Assembly: GCA_942493095.1 (NCBI GenBank)
Contig: OW818675.1
Span: 390,001-422,000 of the forward strand
Direction of reading: 5' to 3'
DNA: 32,000 nucleotides
From: Candidatus Electronema halotolerans
GTDB taxonomy: Bacteria > Desulfobacterota > Desulfobulbia > Desulfobulbales > Desulfobulbaceae
The notes beneath the pieces were generated by a model. It worked only from the letters and a program-made list of their open reading frames with translations, was not told the DNA's origin and searched no databases. This document shows positions 8,677 through 17,602 of this stretch, in pieces. Position 1 is the first letter of the stretch. Each line of letters opens with the position of its first letter. The translations under genes were made by a program, and so were the position numbers.

Positions 8677-9504
8677 ATGAAGAGCACAAGTGCTAATCCG
8701 CCCCTCTGTCCTGCGTCGCTGCTGGAGGCATTTTTTTCTCTGCGCCGCAGATGGGCTGAACTGTCCTGCGGTTTTCATCTTGAGGACAAGTGCCGCATCA
8801 CCCTGTTTCCTCTTGCCCAGCTTGCTGAGGCTGAGGACAGGGCCGCGTTCTTCCTTTCCAGTGCGGAACAGAACCACCTGCAACGCTTCCGCTATCCCAA
8901 GCGGCGGCACGAATGGCTGGGCGGCAGAATTGCGGCCAAGGCCGCTTTGACAGGCGCAATGGAGGCTGCCGCATTCCGGCGGCTGACCATACTCCCGGAC
9001 CGGCACGGCAGGCCGACAGTCAGCGGCCAGCCTGATCCCAGTCTGTCGCTGTCCATTTCGCACAGCGGCGGATACGCTGCCGCCTTGGCCGGGCACGGGC
9101 CGAGCTGCGGCATTGATCTTCAGGAAGTGTCAGACAAGCTGCCTGATTTGACCAAATATTTTGCCATGCCTGCGGAGCTGGAGCTGCTGGCTGGCCAGCC
9201 TGAACTTGGCAGGCAGGAAACCGGCCTGACCATGCTCTGGGCTGTGAAGGAGGCCCTGAAAAAAAGCCTGCTTGCCGATCAGCCGGATATTTTTTCCGGG
9301 ATCGAGCTGAAGCAGCTTCATGCCGTTGCCAAGGGAGTCTGGCAATGCGCCTGCGCAGTGCGGCATCATCCCTTGCAGGCTGCTTTAGTTTATGATTTTT
9401 CACCGTATATTCTGGCACTGAGTTGCCCGGAGCAGGGTTCGCAGAAATTTGAAAAAGTGACGATGCAGCAGAGCACGCTGTACAATCTGCATTCCACCTG
9501 CTAA
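8677..9504 (+). CDS. 4'-phosphopantetheinyl transferase (Sfp-type) family protein
   Basis: Motifs GGRIAAKAA, ISHSGGYAAA, GIDLQEV and WAVKEALKK match the conserved PPTase blocks, including W..KEA..K. Confidence 0.75.
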   Translation: MKSTSANPPLCPASLLEAFFSLRRRWAELSCGFHLEDKCRITLFPLAQLAEAEDRAAFFLSSAEQNHLQRFRYPKRRHEWLGGRIAAKAALTGAMEAAAFRRLTILPDRHGRPTVSGQPDPSLSLSISHSGGYAAALAGHGPSCGIDLQEVSDKLPDLTKYFAMPAELELLAGQPELGRQETGLTMLWAVKEALKKSLLADQPDIFSGIELKQLHAVAKGVWQCACAVRHHPLQAALVYDFSPYILALSCPEQGSQKFEKVTMQQSTLYNLHSTC

Positions 9505-9560
9505 TATTCATGGAATGTTGTAAAATCAAGGCGAAGCGAAAACGTTAAAGGGAGCGTGCC

Positions 9561-11714
9561 ATGGCTGCGGAGAAAATGGAAAAACGGGAATTCAATCTTG
9601 ATTCGTCGGAATGGTATTTGAACCGGGAACTGACGTGGCTGGAATTCAACCGCCGGGTCATGCACGAGGCCGAGGACCCGCGCACCCCGCTGCTGGAGCG
9701 AATCAAATTTCTCGCCATTCTGGGCAGCAATCTGGACGAGTTTTTCATGAAGCGGGTCGGCGGCCTCAAGCAGCAGGTGGGCGCAGGCGTGCGCAGCCTG
9801 ACAGTTGACGGGAGAACGCCGAACGAGCAGCTTGCCGAATGCCATGAGTCCGTGCGGAACATACTCCTGCGCAAGGAGGAGCTGGAAGCCGAGCTGCTCC
9901 AACTGCTGGCAGGGCAGGGCATCCGCCTTGTCAGCTATCAGCAGCTTGACCGGGAGCAGCGCAAGGATGCTGACAATTATTTCTATGACAACATCTATCC
10001 CCTGCTCACCCCCCAAGGCATGGACCCGGCCCATCCCTTTCCGTTTATTTCCAATTTGTCCATCAACCTGCTGGTTGTGACCCGCTACGAGCATAATGAT
10101 CACAGCTTTCTCAACCGGATCAAGGTGCCGACCGGCGTGGGCGTGCCCCGTTTTATCCGCATTGGCAGCGAGCAGCTCTACATTTGTTTTGAAGATTTGA
10201 TCGCCAACAATTTAGCCACAGTGTTTCCTGGCCTGCTGATTGAATCCTGCTCCCTGTTCCGCGTGACCCGCAATGCGATCACAGAACGTGATGGAGAAAA
10301 GGCGAATGATCTTTTGGCAGTGATCGAGACAGCCCTGCGGGACCGCAAATTTGCCGAAATAGTCCGCTTGGAGATTGAAGAGGCTATGAGTTCGTCTCAT
10401 CGGGGCATGCTGGCTGCTGAACTGGGCATTGACGAGCATAAAGACGTGTTCACGGTCAAAGGGATTGTCGGCAAGCGCGATCTCTTCCAGCTCGCCGCCA
10501 TTGACCTGCCCAGCCTGCATTACCCGACTCATCAGCCCTGCGACCATTTCCGGCTTTCCTATGATTCCCGCAACATTTTTCATATCATCCGTGAATACGG
10601 GGCAATCCTGCTCCAGCACCCTTATGAGTCCTTTGACAGCTCAGTGCAGCGTTTTCTCCGCGAGGCCAGTCGTGATCCCAAGGTGTTGGCCATCAAGATG
10701 ACCTTGTACCGGACCTCGGCAGATTCCGGCATTATTCCCTGTCTGCTTGATTCGGCCAAAAACGGCAAGCAGGTGGCCGTGGTCGTGGAGCTGAAGGCCC
10801 GTTTTGACGAATCGGCCAACATCCGCTGGGCCGAGCATCTGGAGGAGGCCGGGGTGCATGTCACCTACGGCGTGGTCGGCCTGAAAACGCATTCCAAGGT
10901 GATTTTTGTCGTCCGCCGCGACTTTGACGGCCTGCGCCGCTATGCCCATATTGGCACCGGCAACTATCATGCGGGCACAGCTCGGATGTATTCTGACCTG
11001 GGCATGCTCACCTGTGATCCGATCATTGCCAAAGACCTGACCGAGCTGTTCAATTACCTGACCACCGGCTATGCGCCGGATAGAAATTATCTCAAGCTGC
11101 TGCCCTCGCCAAAGGTGCTGAAAAAGGCCTTGCTGGACAAGATCAAACGGGAGATCGCCCAGCATACGGAAAAAGTGCCCGGACGCATCCAGTTCAAGAC
11201 CAATGCCTTGGAGGACAAGGACATCACGGAGGCCCTGTATCTGGCCTCAATGGCTGGCGTGAAGGTGGATTTGATCGTCCGGGACAGCTGCCGTCTCCGG
11301 CCCGGCATTCCCGGACTGTCCGAGAATGTGCGCGTAATTTCAATAGTTGGCCGCTTTTTGGAGCACAGCCGGATTTACTATTTTTACAACGGCGGCAATG
11401 AGGAGTATTTTATTGGCTCGGCTGACATTATGAAGCGGAATCTGGAGGACCGGGTTGAGGTGATCACGCCGGTCGAGCTGCCTGATCTGCGGGCCGAGCT
11501 GCGCCGCTTTCTTGACATTCAGCTCACAGACCAGCGCAGTGCCTGGGAAATGCAGCCGGACGGCAGCTATATCCAGCGGCGGGGCGGAGAGCAGAGCGGC
11601 TCGCACGAAAAGCTGATCCGGCAGGCGGAAAAGCGGCTGTCCGATGCCCAGCGCTTGGTCAAGCTGAAAAAAAGGAAGCTGGTCAAGCGGAAGCAGGTGG
11701 TGCTGAAAAAGTGA
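9561..11714 (+). CDS. ppk: polyphosphate kinase 1
   Basis: The N-terminus YLNRELTWLEFNRRVMHEAEDPRTPLLERIKFLAILGSNLDEFFMKRV is the canonical PPK1 signature. The 717-aa length and the HxK-like PLD blocks (LKTHSKVIFV and GRFLEHSRIYYF) also fit. Confidence 0.95.
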   Translation: MAAEKMEKREFNLDSSEWYLNRELTWLEFNRRVMHEAEDPRTPLLERIKFLAILGSNLDEFFMKRVGGLKQQVGAGVRSLTVDGRTPNEQLAECHESVRNILLRKEELEAELLQLLAGQGIRLVSYQQLDREQRKDADNYFYDNIYPLLTPQGMDPAHPFPFISNLSINLLVVTRYEHNDHSFLNRIKVPTGVGVPRFIRIGSEQLYICFEDLIANNLATVFPGLLIESCSLFRVTRNAITERDGEKANDLLAVIETALRDRKFAEIVRLEIEEAMSSSHRGMLAAELGIDEHKDVFTVKGIVGKRDLFQLAAIDLPSLHYPTHQPCDHFRLSYDSRNIFHIIREYGAILLQHPYESFDSSVQRFLREASRDPKVLAIKMTLYRTSADSGIIPCLLDSAKNGKQVAVVVELKARFDESANIRWAEHLEEAGVHVTYGVVGLKTHSKVIFVVRRDFDGLRRYAHIGTGNYHAGTARMYSDLGMLTCDPIIAKDLTELFNYLTTGYAPDRNYLKLLPSPKVLKKALLDKIKREIAQHTEKVPGRIQFKTNALEDKDITEALYLASMAGVKVDLIVRDSCRLRPGIPGLSENVRVISIVGRFLEHSRIYYFYNGGNEEYFIGSADIMKRNLEDRVEVITPVELPDLRAELRRFLDIQLTDQRSAWEMQPDGSYIQRRGGEQSGSHEKLIRQAEKRLSDAQRLVKLKKRKLVKRKQVVLKK

Positions 11715-11847
11715 TCAAGGGCTTGCGCAAAACTAACGGATTGACCAATAAGCAGGAAAGCGGCATATTGGCAGACAGCAAGTTTCCTGCTGTCCTGATG
11801 AATTTTGCGCAAACCCTACAGATAATGTCACAAGGAGCAAAAAAACT

Positions 11848-13137
11848 ATGAGCGACCTGAAAAAGATGTACAGCACCATCCTCGGCGATTCTTTTCCGAT
11901 GGAGATGACCATTTCCTTTGGCGATCAGACCTTAGTCTATCGCAAGCGGACTTGGGCGATTCCGCAGGAGGACGGCACGGTTGATGAGCGCGGCCTGCGC
12001 TACGGCGAAAACCCGGATCAGGAGGCGGCCCTGTACGAATTGGTCAACGGCAACCTCGCGCTGGGCGACTGCAAGTTTATTGAGCCGGGCAAAGGCTTGG
12101 TCAGCGGCATCAAGGTGGAGGACATGCTCCAAGTGGGCAAGCATCCGGGCAAGATCAACCTGACCGACGTTGACAACGGCCTGAACATCATCAAGTATTT
12201 GACAGACAAACCCGCAGCGGTGATTCTCAAGCACAACAATCCTTGCGGCGCGGCCCTTGGCGCAAATTTGGCTGATGCCTACAACCGGGCCAACCGGGCG
12301 GACCGAATTGCCGCTTTTGGCGGGGCTGTGATTGTCAACCGGGCCTTGGACAAGGAAACCGCCGAGCTGATGAGCCGGAACTACTTGGAGGTGGTCTGCG
12401 CCCCGGAATTCGAGGACGGCACCTTGGAGATTCTTGCCAAGGCCAAGAATCTGCGGGTCATCCGCATGGACGGCATAGCCCGTTTGGCAGAGTTTGAGAA
12501 ATACCGCTTTGTCGATTTCAAATCGCTGATTGACGGCGGCATCATTGTCCAGCAGTCAGCAGTCAACTCCATCCGCTCTGCCGCTGATCTGAAACCGGCG
12601 GTTGCCACGTGGAAAGGCCAGGAATACCGCTGCGAGCGGCAGCCCACGCAGCAGGAGCTGGATGATATGATTTTTGGCTGGGCCGTGGAGCATGGCGTGA
12701 CCTCCAACTCAGTCATTTACGTCAAGAACGGCTGCACAGTCGGCATTGGCACCGGCGAGCAGGACCGGGTCGGGGTGGCCGAGATAGCGGTTTCTAAAGC
12801 ATACATAAAATATGCGGACATCACCTGCTTTGACCGCTTCGGCATTCCTTATGCGGATTTGGCCTTGGAAGTGGCGCAGGGCAAACGTGATGCGGCGGAC
12901 AAGGAGAAAATTGATGCGCAGGTGAAGGCGGACAAGGCCGGGCTGCCCGGTTCAGTGATGATCTCCGATGCCTTTTTCCCCTTCCGCGATGCGGCGGACG
13001 TGGGCATCCGCGAGGGAGTCGGAGCTATTCTTCAGGCAGGCGGCTCCATGCGGGATTATGCGTCCATCGAAGCCTGCAACGAGGCTGATCCGCAGGTGGC
13101 CATGATGTTCACCGGCCAACGCTCATTCAAGCATTGA
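11848..13137 (+). CDS. purH: AICAR formyltransferase-domain protein (PurH-like, lacking the N-terminal MGS/IMP cyclohydrolase domain)
   Basis: Motifs LRYGENPDQ, ILKHNNPCGAA, GTGEQDRV and SDAFFPFRD are PurH AICARFT-domain signatures. Only about 50 aa precede the RYGENP motif. AAGGAG lies upstream of the ATG. Confidence 0.8.
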   Translation: MSDLKKMYSTILGDSFPMEMTISFGDQTLVYRKRTWAIPQEDGTVDERGLRYGENPDQEAALYELVNGNLALGDCKFIEPGKGLVSGIKVEDMLQVGKHPGKINLTDVDNGLNIIKYLTDKPAAVILKHNNPCGAALGANLADAYNRANRADRIAAFGGAVIVNRALDKETAELMSRNYLEVVCAPEFEDGTLEILAKAKNLRVIRMDGIARLAEFEKYRFVDFKSLIDGGIIVQQSAVNSIRSAADLKPAVATWKGQEYRCERQPTQQELDDMIFGWAVEHGVTSNSVIYVKNGCTVGIGTGEQDRVGVAEIAVSKAYIKYADITCFDRFGIPYADLALEVAQGKRDAADKEKIDAQVKADKAGLPGSVMISDAFFPFRDAADVGIREGVGAILQAGGSMRDYASIEACNEADPQVAMMFTGQRSFKH

Positions 13138-13269
13138 AACACCGTGTCTTAAAATCAACCCGAATCAGGGGAGGTTTCCAAAAAACGTTCGGCAACTGCC
13201 TGATTTTTTGGTACAAAAAGAGACAGGGTCACGATGACACTCCGGGGTGCCCTAGGTTATGACTGGTAA

Positions 13270-13301
13270 GGGCGGCCCCCTGTGGCCGCCCGGTGTTTTC
13301 C
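13270..13301 (+). terminator. GC-rich hairpin (GGGCGGCC-ccctgt-GGCCGCCC) followed by GGTGTTTTCC; either the purH-like terminator or part of the metY leader
   Basis: A perfect 8-bp G/C stem with a 6-nt loop is followed by an interrupted T-tract. It lies 130 nt after the purH-like stop and 120 nt before the metY start. Confidence 0.3.
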
Positions 13302-13419
13302 CGTAATTCCGGTGCGTTGCACGGGCAGACACGGGAGCCTGCCCCTTGCCTTCCGCCCGGCCATCGGCTACAAAGAAGCACGCTGTTTTTTTCTTCCCAA
13401 GCGCACAAGGAGGCCGCAG

Positions 13420-14706
13420 ATGAGCCAGCATCACTTTGAAACCCTTGCCCTTCATGCCGGGCACACCGTGGATCAGGACACTCTTTCCAGAGCTGTGCCG
13501 ATCTACCGGACCAGTTCCTATCTCTTTAAAAACAGCCAGCACGCTGCTGACCTCTTCAGCCTCAAGGAGATGGGCAACATCTACACCCGGCTGATGAATC
13601 CCACTCAGGACGTGCTGGAAAAACGGCTTGCCGCTTTGGAAGGCGGGGCGGCAGCTTTGGCACTGGCTTCAGGCACCTCTGCGATCTTCTACTCAATCAT
13701 CAACATCTGCGCCGCAGGGGATGAAGTCGTGGCCGCCTGCAATCTCTACGGCGGCACCTACACCCAGTTTGATGCCATCCTGCCGCAGTTCGGCATCAAG
13801 GTGCGCTTGGTTGATCCCAAGGAGCCAGACAACTTTGACCGGGCAGTCAATGACAAGACCAGAGCCATCTTCTGCGAGACCATCGGCAATCCCGGCTTGG
13901 ACATGACTGATCTGGAGGCAGTGGCCGCAATAGCCCGCAAGCATCACCTGCCCCTGATTGTCGATTCCACTTTCACCCCGCCCTGTTTGCTCCGGCCTTT
14001 GGAGCACGGTGCGGACATTGTTGTTCATTCCCTGACCAAGTGGATCGGCGGGCATGGCACCGCCATTGGCGGCATTGTCGTTGACAGCGGCACATTTGAT
14101 TGGACAGACCCCAAGTTCACCCTCTATAACCAGCCAGATGGAGGCTACCACGGCCTGCGCTTTGCCCACGATCTTGGCGCGATGAACCCCATCGCCTTTG
14201 CCTTGCGGATGCGCTTGGTGCCGCTGCGTAATCTGGGGGCCTGCATCAGCCCGGACAACTGCGCTTTCTTCCTCCAAGGGATTGAAACCCTGTCGCTGCG
14301 CATGGAGCGGCACTGCGCCAATGCCTTGGCCGCAGCAGAGTTTCTCCAAAAGCACCCGCAGGTGGAATGGGTGCGTTATCCGGGCCTGCCGGGCGAGGAA
14401 AATAAGGCTGCGCACCAGTATTTGCAGCACGGCTCTGGCGGCATGATTGCCTTTGGCATCAAGGGCGGGCGCGAGGCAGGGCGGCGGTTTGTTGACAGCC
14501 TGCTGCTCTTCTCTCATTTAGCTAATGTCGGCGATGCCAAGTCCTTAGCCATCCACCCGGCCAGCACCACCCATTCGCAGCTCTCTGCCGAGCAGCTTGC
14601 CGGGGCTGGATTGAGCGAATCCATGATCCGCCTCTCCATTGGCATTGAGCATATTGACGATATATGCGCGGACTTGGAGCAGGCCTTGGCTGCCGCCGCA
14701 GGCTGA
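13420..14706 (+). CDS. metY: O-acetylhomoserine sulfhydrylase / aminocarboxypropyltransferase (PLP-dependent Cys/Met metabolism family)
   Basis: MSQHHFETLALHAGH..., NPTQDVLEKRLAALEGG and SLTKWIGGHG (the PLP lysine) are typical of MetY. The start was moved to the ATG at 13420, which is preceded by AAGGAGG. The track ORF starts at 13282 and lacks an RBS. Confidence 0.9.
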   Translation: MSQHHFETLALHAGHTVDQDTLSRAVPIYRTSSYLFKNSQHAADLFSLKEMGNIYTRLMNPTQDVLEKRLAALEGGAAALALASGTSAIFYSIINICAAGDEVVAACNLYGGTYTQFDAILPQFGIKVRLVDPKEPDNFDRAVNDKTRAIFCETIGNPGLDMTDLEAVAAIARKHHLPLIVDSTFTPPCLLRPLEHGADIVVHSLTKWIGGHGTAIGGIVVDSGTFDWTDPKFTLYNQPDGGYHGLRFAHDLGAMNPIAFALRMRLVPLRNLGACISPDNCAFFLQGIETLSLRMERHCANALAAAEFLQKHPQVEWVRYPGLPGEENKAAHQYLQHGSGGMIAFGIKGGREAGRRFVDSLLLFSHLANVGDAKSLAIHPASTTHSQLSAEQLAGAGLSESMIRLSIGIEHIDDICADLEQALAAAAG

Positions 14707-15606
14707 TCAGCTTGTCCGGCTGACAATGTATTGAGCTAAGGCGCGCAGCGGTTCTGCCCGTTCATCAAAAGAAGCCAAGGCGGCCACGGCCCGATCCGCC
14801 GCCTCCGCTGCGAGAATGCGGGTTTTCTCTATCCCGAAAAAGGCTGGGTAAGTGGCCTTGCCCAGCCCGGCATCGCTGCCTGCCGTCTTGCCAAGCTGCT
14901 CCGTGGAGGCGGTGACATCCAAAAGATCATCAGCAATCTGGAAGGCCAGTCCGACTGCGCCGCCATAGTCAGACAATGCGGCAAGCTGGGCTTCATCTGC
15001 GCCGCCGCCAATGGCTCCCATCTCCACTGCCGCCCGGATCAGCGCGCCGGTCTTGGAACGGTGGATGGTTCTGAGGCGTTCAAAAGAAATGGCCTGCTGC
15101 TCGCTGGCAATGTCAAGGAACTGGCCGCCAACCATGCCCAGCGAGCCTGCGGCCTGCGCCAAGACCGCCATGAGTTGGAGACGGATTGTTGGCTCCGGGC
15201 CGGGAAAGCTGTTGCTGCTGATCAGCTCAAAAGCGTAGGTCAGCAGGCCATCGCCCGCCAAGATGGCTTCAGCCTCGCCAAACTTCTTGTGGCAGGTGGG
15301 CTGGCCCCGGCGCAGGTCATCATTGTCCATTGCCGGCAGGTCATCGTGAATCAGGGAATAGGTGTGGATGCACTCCAAGGCGCAGGCCGCAGGCAGGAGC
15401 AGTTCCACTGCCGCCGGGTCAGAACTGACACAGTGGGCTGCGGCCAGACAGAGGATGGGCCGGACCCGCTTGCCGCCGACAAAGAGGCTGTAGCGCATGG
15501 TCTCAATATGCTTGGCAAAATCGCCCTCTGCGGGCAGCATGCAGTGTTGCAGTGCCCGCTCGATAAGCTGCCGCTGCTCCTGAAGATAGGCTTTAACATC
15601 AAACAT
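14707..15606 (-). CDS. ispA: polyprenyl (farnesyl/geranylgeranyl) diphosphate synthase
   Basis: Both aspartate-rich motifs are present (LIHDDLPAMDNDDLRRG and FQIADDLLD). The start was moved to MFDVKAYLQ at 15606, which is preceded by AGGAGAG. The track ORF extends to 15726. Confidence 0.9.
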   Translation of the reverse strand: MFDVKAYLQEQRQLIERALQHCMLPAEGDFAKHIETMRYSLFVGGKRVRPILCLAAAHCVSSDPAAVELLLPAACALECIHTYSLIHDDLPAMDNDDLRRGQPTCHKKFGEAEAILAGDGLLTYAFELISSNSFPGPEPTIRLQLMAVLAQAAGSLGMVGGQFLDIASEQQAISFERLRTIHRSKTGALIRAAVEMGAIGGGADEAQLAALSDYGGAVGLAFQIADDLLDVTASTEQLGKTAGSDAGLGKATYPAFFGIEKTRILAAEAADRAVAALASFDERAEPLRALAQYIVSRTS

Positions 15607-15845
15607 GGTTCTCTCTCCTGCGACCGGATTGCCTTGTGCGGATTTAACGTCTCTCCCAAGCATAGCTTTTTTGACCTGTTGAAGCCAAACAATTTTCATG
15701 GTCTGTTGACTTGCTTGAATTCGCATGCACGTCCTGCTTGCTTTCCAGCCGAAATCTGATTACGTTCTGCTTCAGCGCGTTGTGCGGCAATGCTGGATGC
15801 GCGCTCCTCCTGCTTGCACGTATAACTTGAATCCACAAGAAAAAC

Positions 15846-16919
15846 ATGACAAAAACAGTGCTGATCACCGGCGGCTGCGGTTTTATTGGCGTGAACTTTG
15901 TCCGCCTGCTTCTGGCGGAGCGGCAGGACTGGCGGGTGATCAATCTTGACAAGCTGACTTATGCGGGCAACCTGCACAGTCTGGCTGATATTAGTGAGCA
16001 TCCCAATTACACCTTTGTCAAAGGCGACATCTGCGATGCCCCGCTCTTGGACCGGCTTTTCCGCGAGCAGCAGATCGACACTGTGGCCCATTTTGCCGCT
16101 GAGTCGCATGTTGACCGCTCTATTACCGGCCCGGCGGAGTTCATCCAAACCAATGTAGTCGGCACCTTCACCCTGCTGGAGGCGGCCAAGCGGCACTGGT
16201 TAGACAGCGGCGCAGGCAGTGACCGCTACCGTTTTCTCCATGTCAGCACAGACGAGGTCTTTGGCTCGCTCGGCCCGACCGGCTTTTTCAGCGAAGAAAC
16301 TGCCTATGATCCGCGTTCGCCCTACTCGGCCTCCAAAGCCTCGTCTGATCACTTAGTGCGGGCCTATTTCCACACTTACGGCCTGCCCGTGCTGATCACC
16401 AACTGCTCGAACAACTATGGGCCGTATCAGTTCCCGGAAAAGCTGATTCCGCTGGTGCTCAACAACGGCCTGCACGGCCAGCCGCTGCCTGTCTATGGCG
16501 ACGGCGGCAATGTCCGCGACTGGCTTTATGTGCAGGATCACTGCGAGGCCATTGTCCGGGTGATTGAGCAGGGCAGACTCGGTGAATCCTACAATATCGG
16601 CGGCCACAACGAGAAGACCAACCTGCAAGTGGTTGAACTGCTCTGTGATCTGCTGGATGCAAAAGTCGGTCTGCTGCCATCTCAGCAACCGCGCCGCTCG
16701 CTGATCAGTTTTGTCACAGACAGGCTCGGCCATGACCGCCGCTATGCGATTGACGCAGGCAAGATGGCGAAGGAACTTGGCTGGCTGCCCAAGGTCACTT
16801 TTGAGCAGGGGATTGACAGGACGGTTGACTGGTATCTGCGCAACCAAGACTGGACCGCAGCAGTGACCGACGGCTCGTATCAGGAGTATTATCAAAAAAT
16901 GTACGGAGAACAGGCATGA
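15846..16919 (+). CDS. rfbB: dTDP-glucose 4,6-dehydratase
   Basis: [10 protein letters not shown] (Rossmann fold), the [10 protein letters not shown] catalytic YxxxK, and high overall similarity to RmlB. Confidence 0.95.
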   Translation: MTKTVLITGGCGFIGVNFVRLLLAERQDWRVINLDKLTYAGNLHSLADISEHPNYTFVKGDICDAPLLDRLFREQQIDTVAHFAAESHVDRSITGPAEFIQTNVVGTFTLLEAAKRHWLDSGAGSDRYRFLHVSTDEVFGSLGPTGFFSEETAYDPRSPYSASKASSDHLVRAYFHTYGLPVLITNCSNNYGPYQFPEKLIPLVLNNGLHGQPLPVYGDGGNVRDWLYVQDHCEAIVRVIEQGRLGESYNIGGHNEKTNLQVVELLCDLLDAKVGLLPSQQPRRSLISFVTDRLGHDRRYAIDAGKMAKELGWLPKVTFEQGIDRTVDWYLRNQDWTAAVTDGSYQEYYQKMYGEQA

Positions 16920-17461
16920 AGGTTCAGGCGACCAGCATTCCCGATGTGCTGCTGATCGAACCGAAAGTTTTTGGCGACGAGCGCGGTTTTTTCTTTGAGA
17001 GTTTCAACCTGCTGCAATGGCAGCAGCTTTCCGGCCTGAACACCGTCTTTGTGCAGCACAATCATTCCCGTTCAGTGCAGAATGTCTTGCGCGGTCTGCA
17101 TTATCAGATCAAACAGCCACAGGGCAAATTAGTGCGGGTGACAATGGGAGAAGTTTTTGATGTCGCAGTTGACTTGCGTCGCAACTCGCCTACCTTTGGT
17201 CAGTGGGCAGGTGAAATTCTTTCTGCTGAGAACAAGCGGCAGCTTTGGGTGCCGGAGGGTTTTGCGCACGGCTTTTTGGTGCTGTCCGATGCAGCGGAAT
17301 TCCTTTATCTGACCACGGACTACTACGCGCCGGAGCATGAGCGGGCTGTTATTTGGAATGACCCGGATTTGAATATTGTCTGGCCTTTGGCGGGCAGTGA
17401 GCCTTGCTTGTCTGAGAAGGATAAAAAGGCAGGCAGATTCAGCGAGGCGGAGTTGTTTTAG
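16916..17461 (+). CDS. rfbC: dTDP-4-dehydrorhamnose 3,5-epimerase
   Basis: The blocks [19 protein letters not shown] and [16 protein letters not shown] are typical of RmlC. An ATGA overlap couples it to rfbB. Confidence 0.95.
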   Translation: MKVQATSIPDVLLIEPKVFGDERGFFFESFNLLQWQQLSGLNTVFVQHNHSRSVQNVLRGLHYQIKQPQGKLVRVTMGEVFDVAVDLRRNSPTFGQWAGEILSAENKRQLWVPEGFAHGFLVLSDAAEFLYLTTDYYAPEHERAVIWNDPDLNIVWPLAGSEPCLSEKDKKAGRFSEAELF

Positions 17462-17476
17462 GTTGGATTTTTCCTG

Positions 17477-17505
17477 TTGACGAAGGGAGATGCGCTGTTT
17501 AAATT
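17477..17505 (+). promoter_or_regulatory. candidate sigma70-type promoter for the nuclease cassette
   Basis: TTGACG, a 17-nt spacer, then TAAATT. An inverted repeat GATAGACA-N17-TGTCTATC (17508-17540) follows immediately, about 100 nt upstream of the first cassette gene. Confidence 0.3.
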
Positions 17506-17602
17506 GGATAGACAACACGTTGTAATCTTTCTGTCTATCTTGCAACGATTGCATGGTTAATAGAACCATAGAGCTTTTTGTTAGGGCAAGAAGACCATCA
17601 GC

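Noticed and set aside
13282-13419. N-terminal extension of metY suggested by the track ORF (start at 13282)
   Set aside because: The extension is Arg/Pro/Cys-rich and has no RBS. The internal ATG at 13420 has AAGGAGG at ideal spacing and yields the canonical MetY N-terminus.
13138-13419. SAM-I, SAM-II or SAH riboswitch upstream of metY
   Set aside because: I could not find the conserved cores by eye (GAGGGA...GGCCC...GCAACC...GGUGCUAAAUCC for SAM-I, or the AGGAGCGC-type core for SAH). The region is kept only as an unclassified structured leader.
15607-15726. 40-codon N-terminal extension of ispA in the track ORF
   Set aside because: MFDVKAYLQEQ is the typical start of IspA-type proteins and is preceded by AGGAGAG. 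The extension has no such support.
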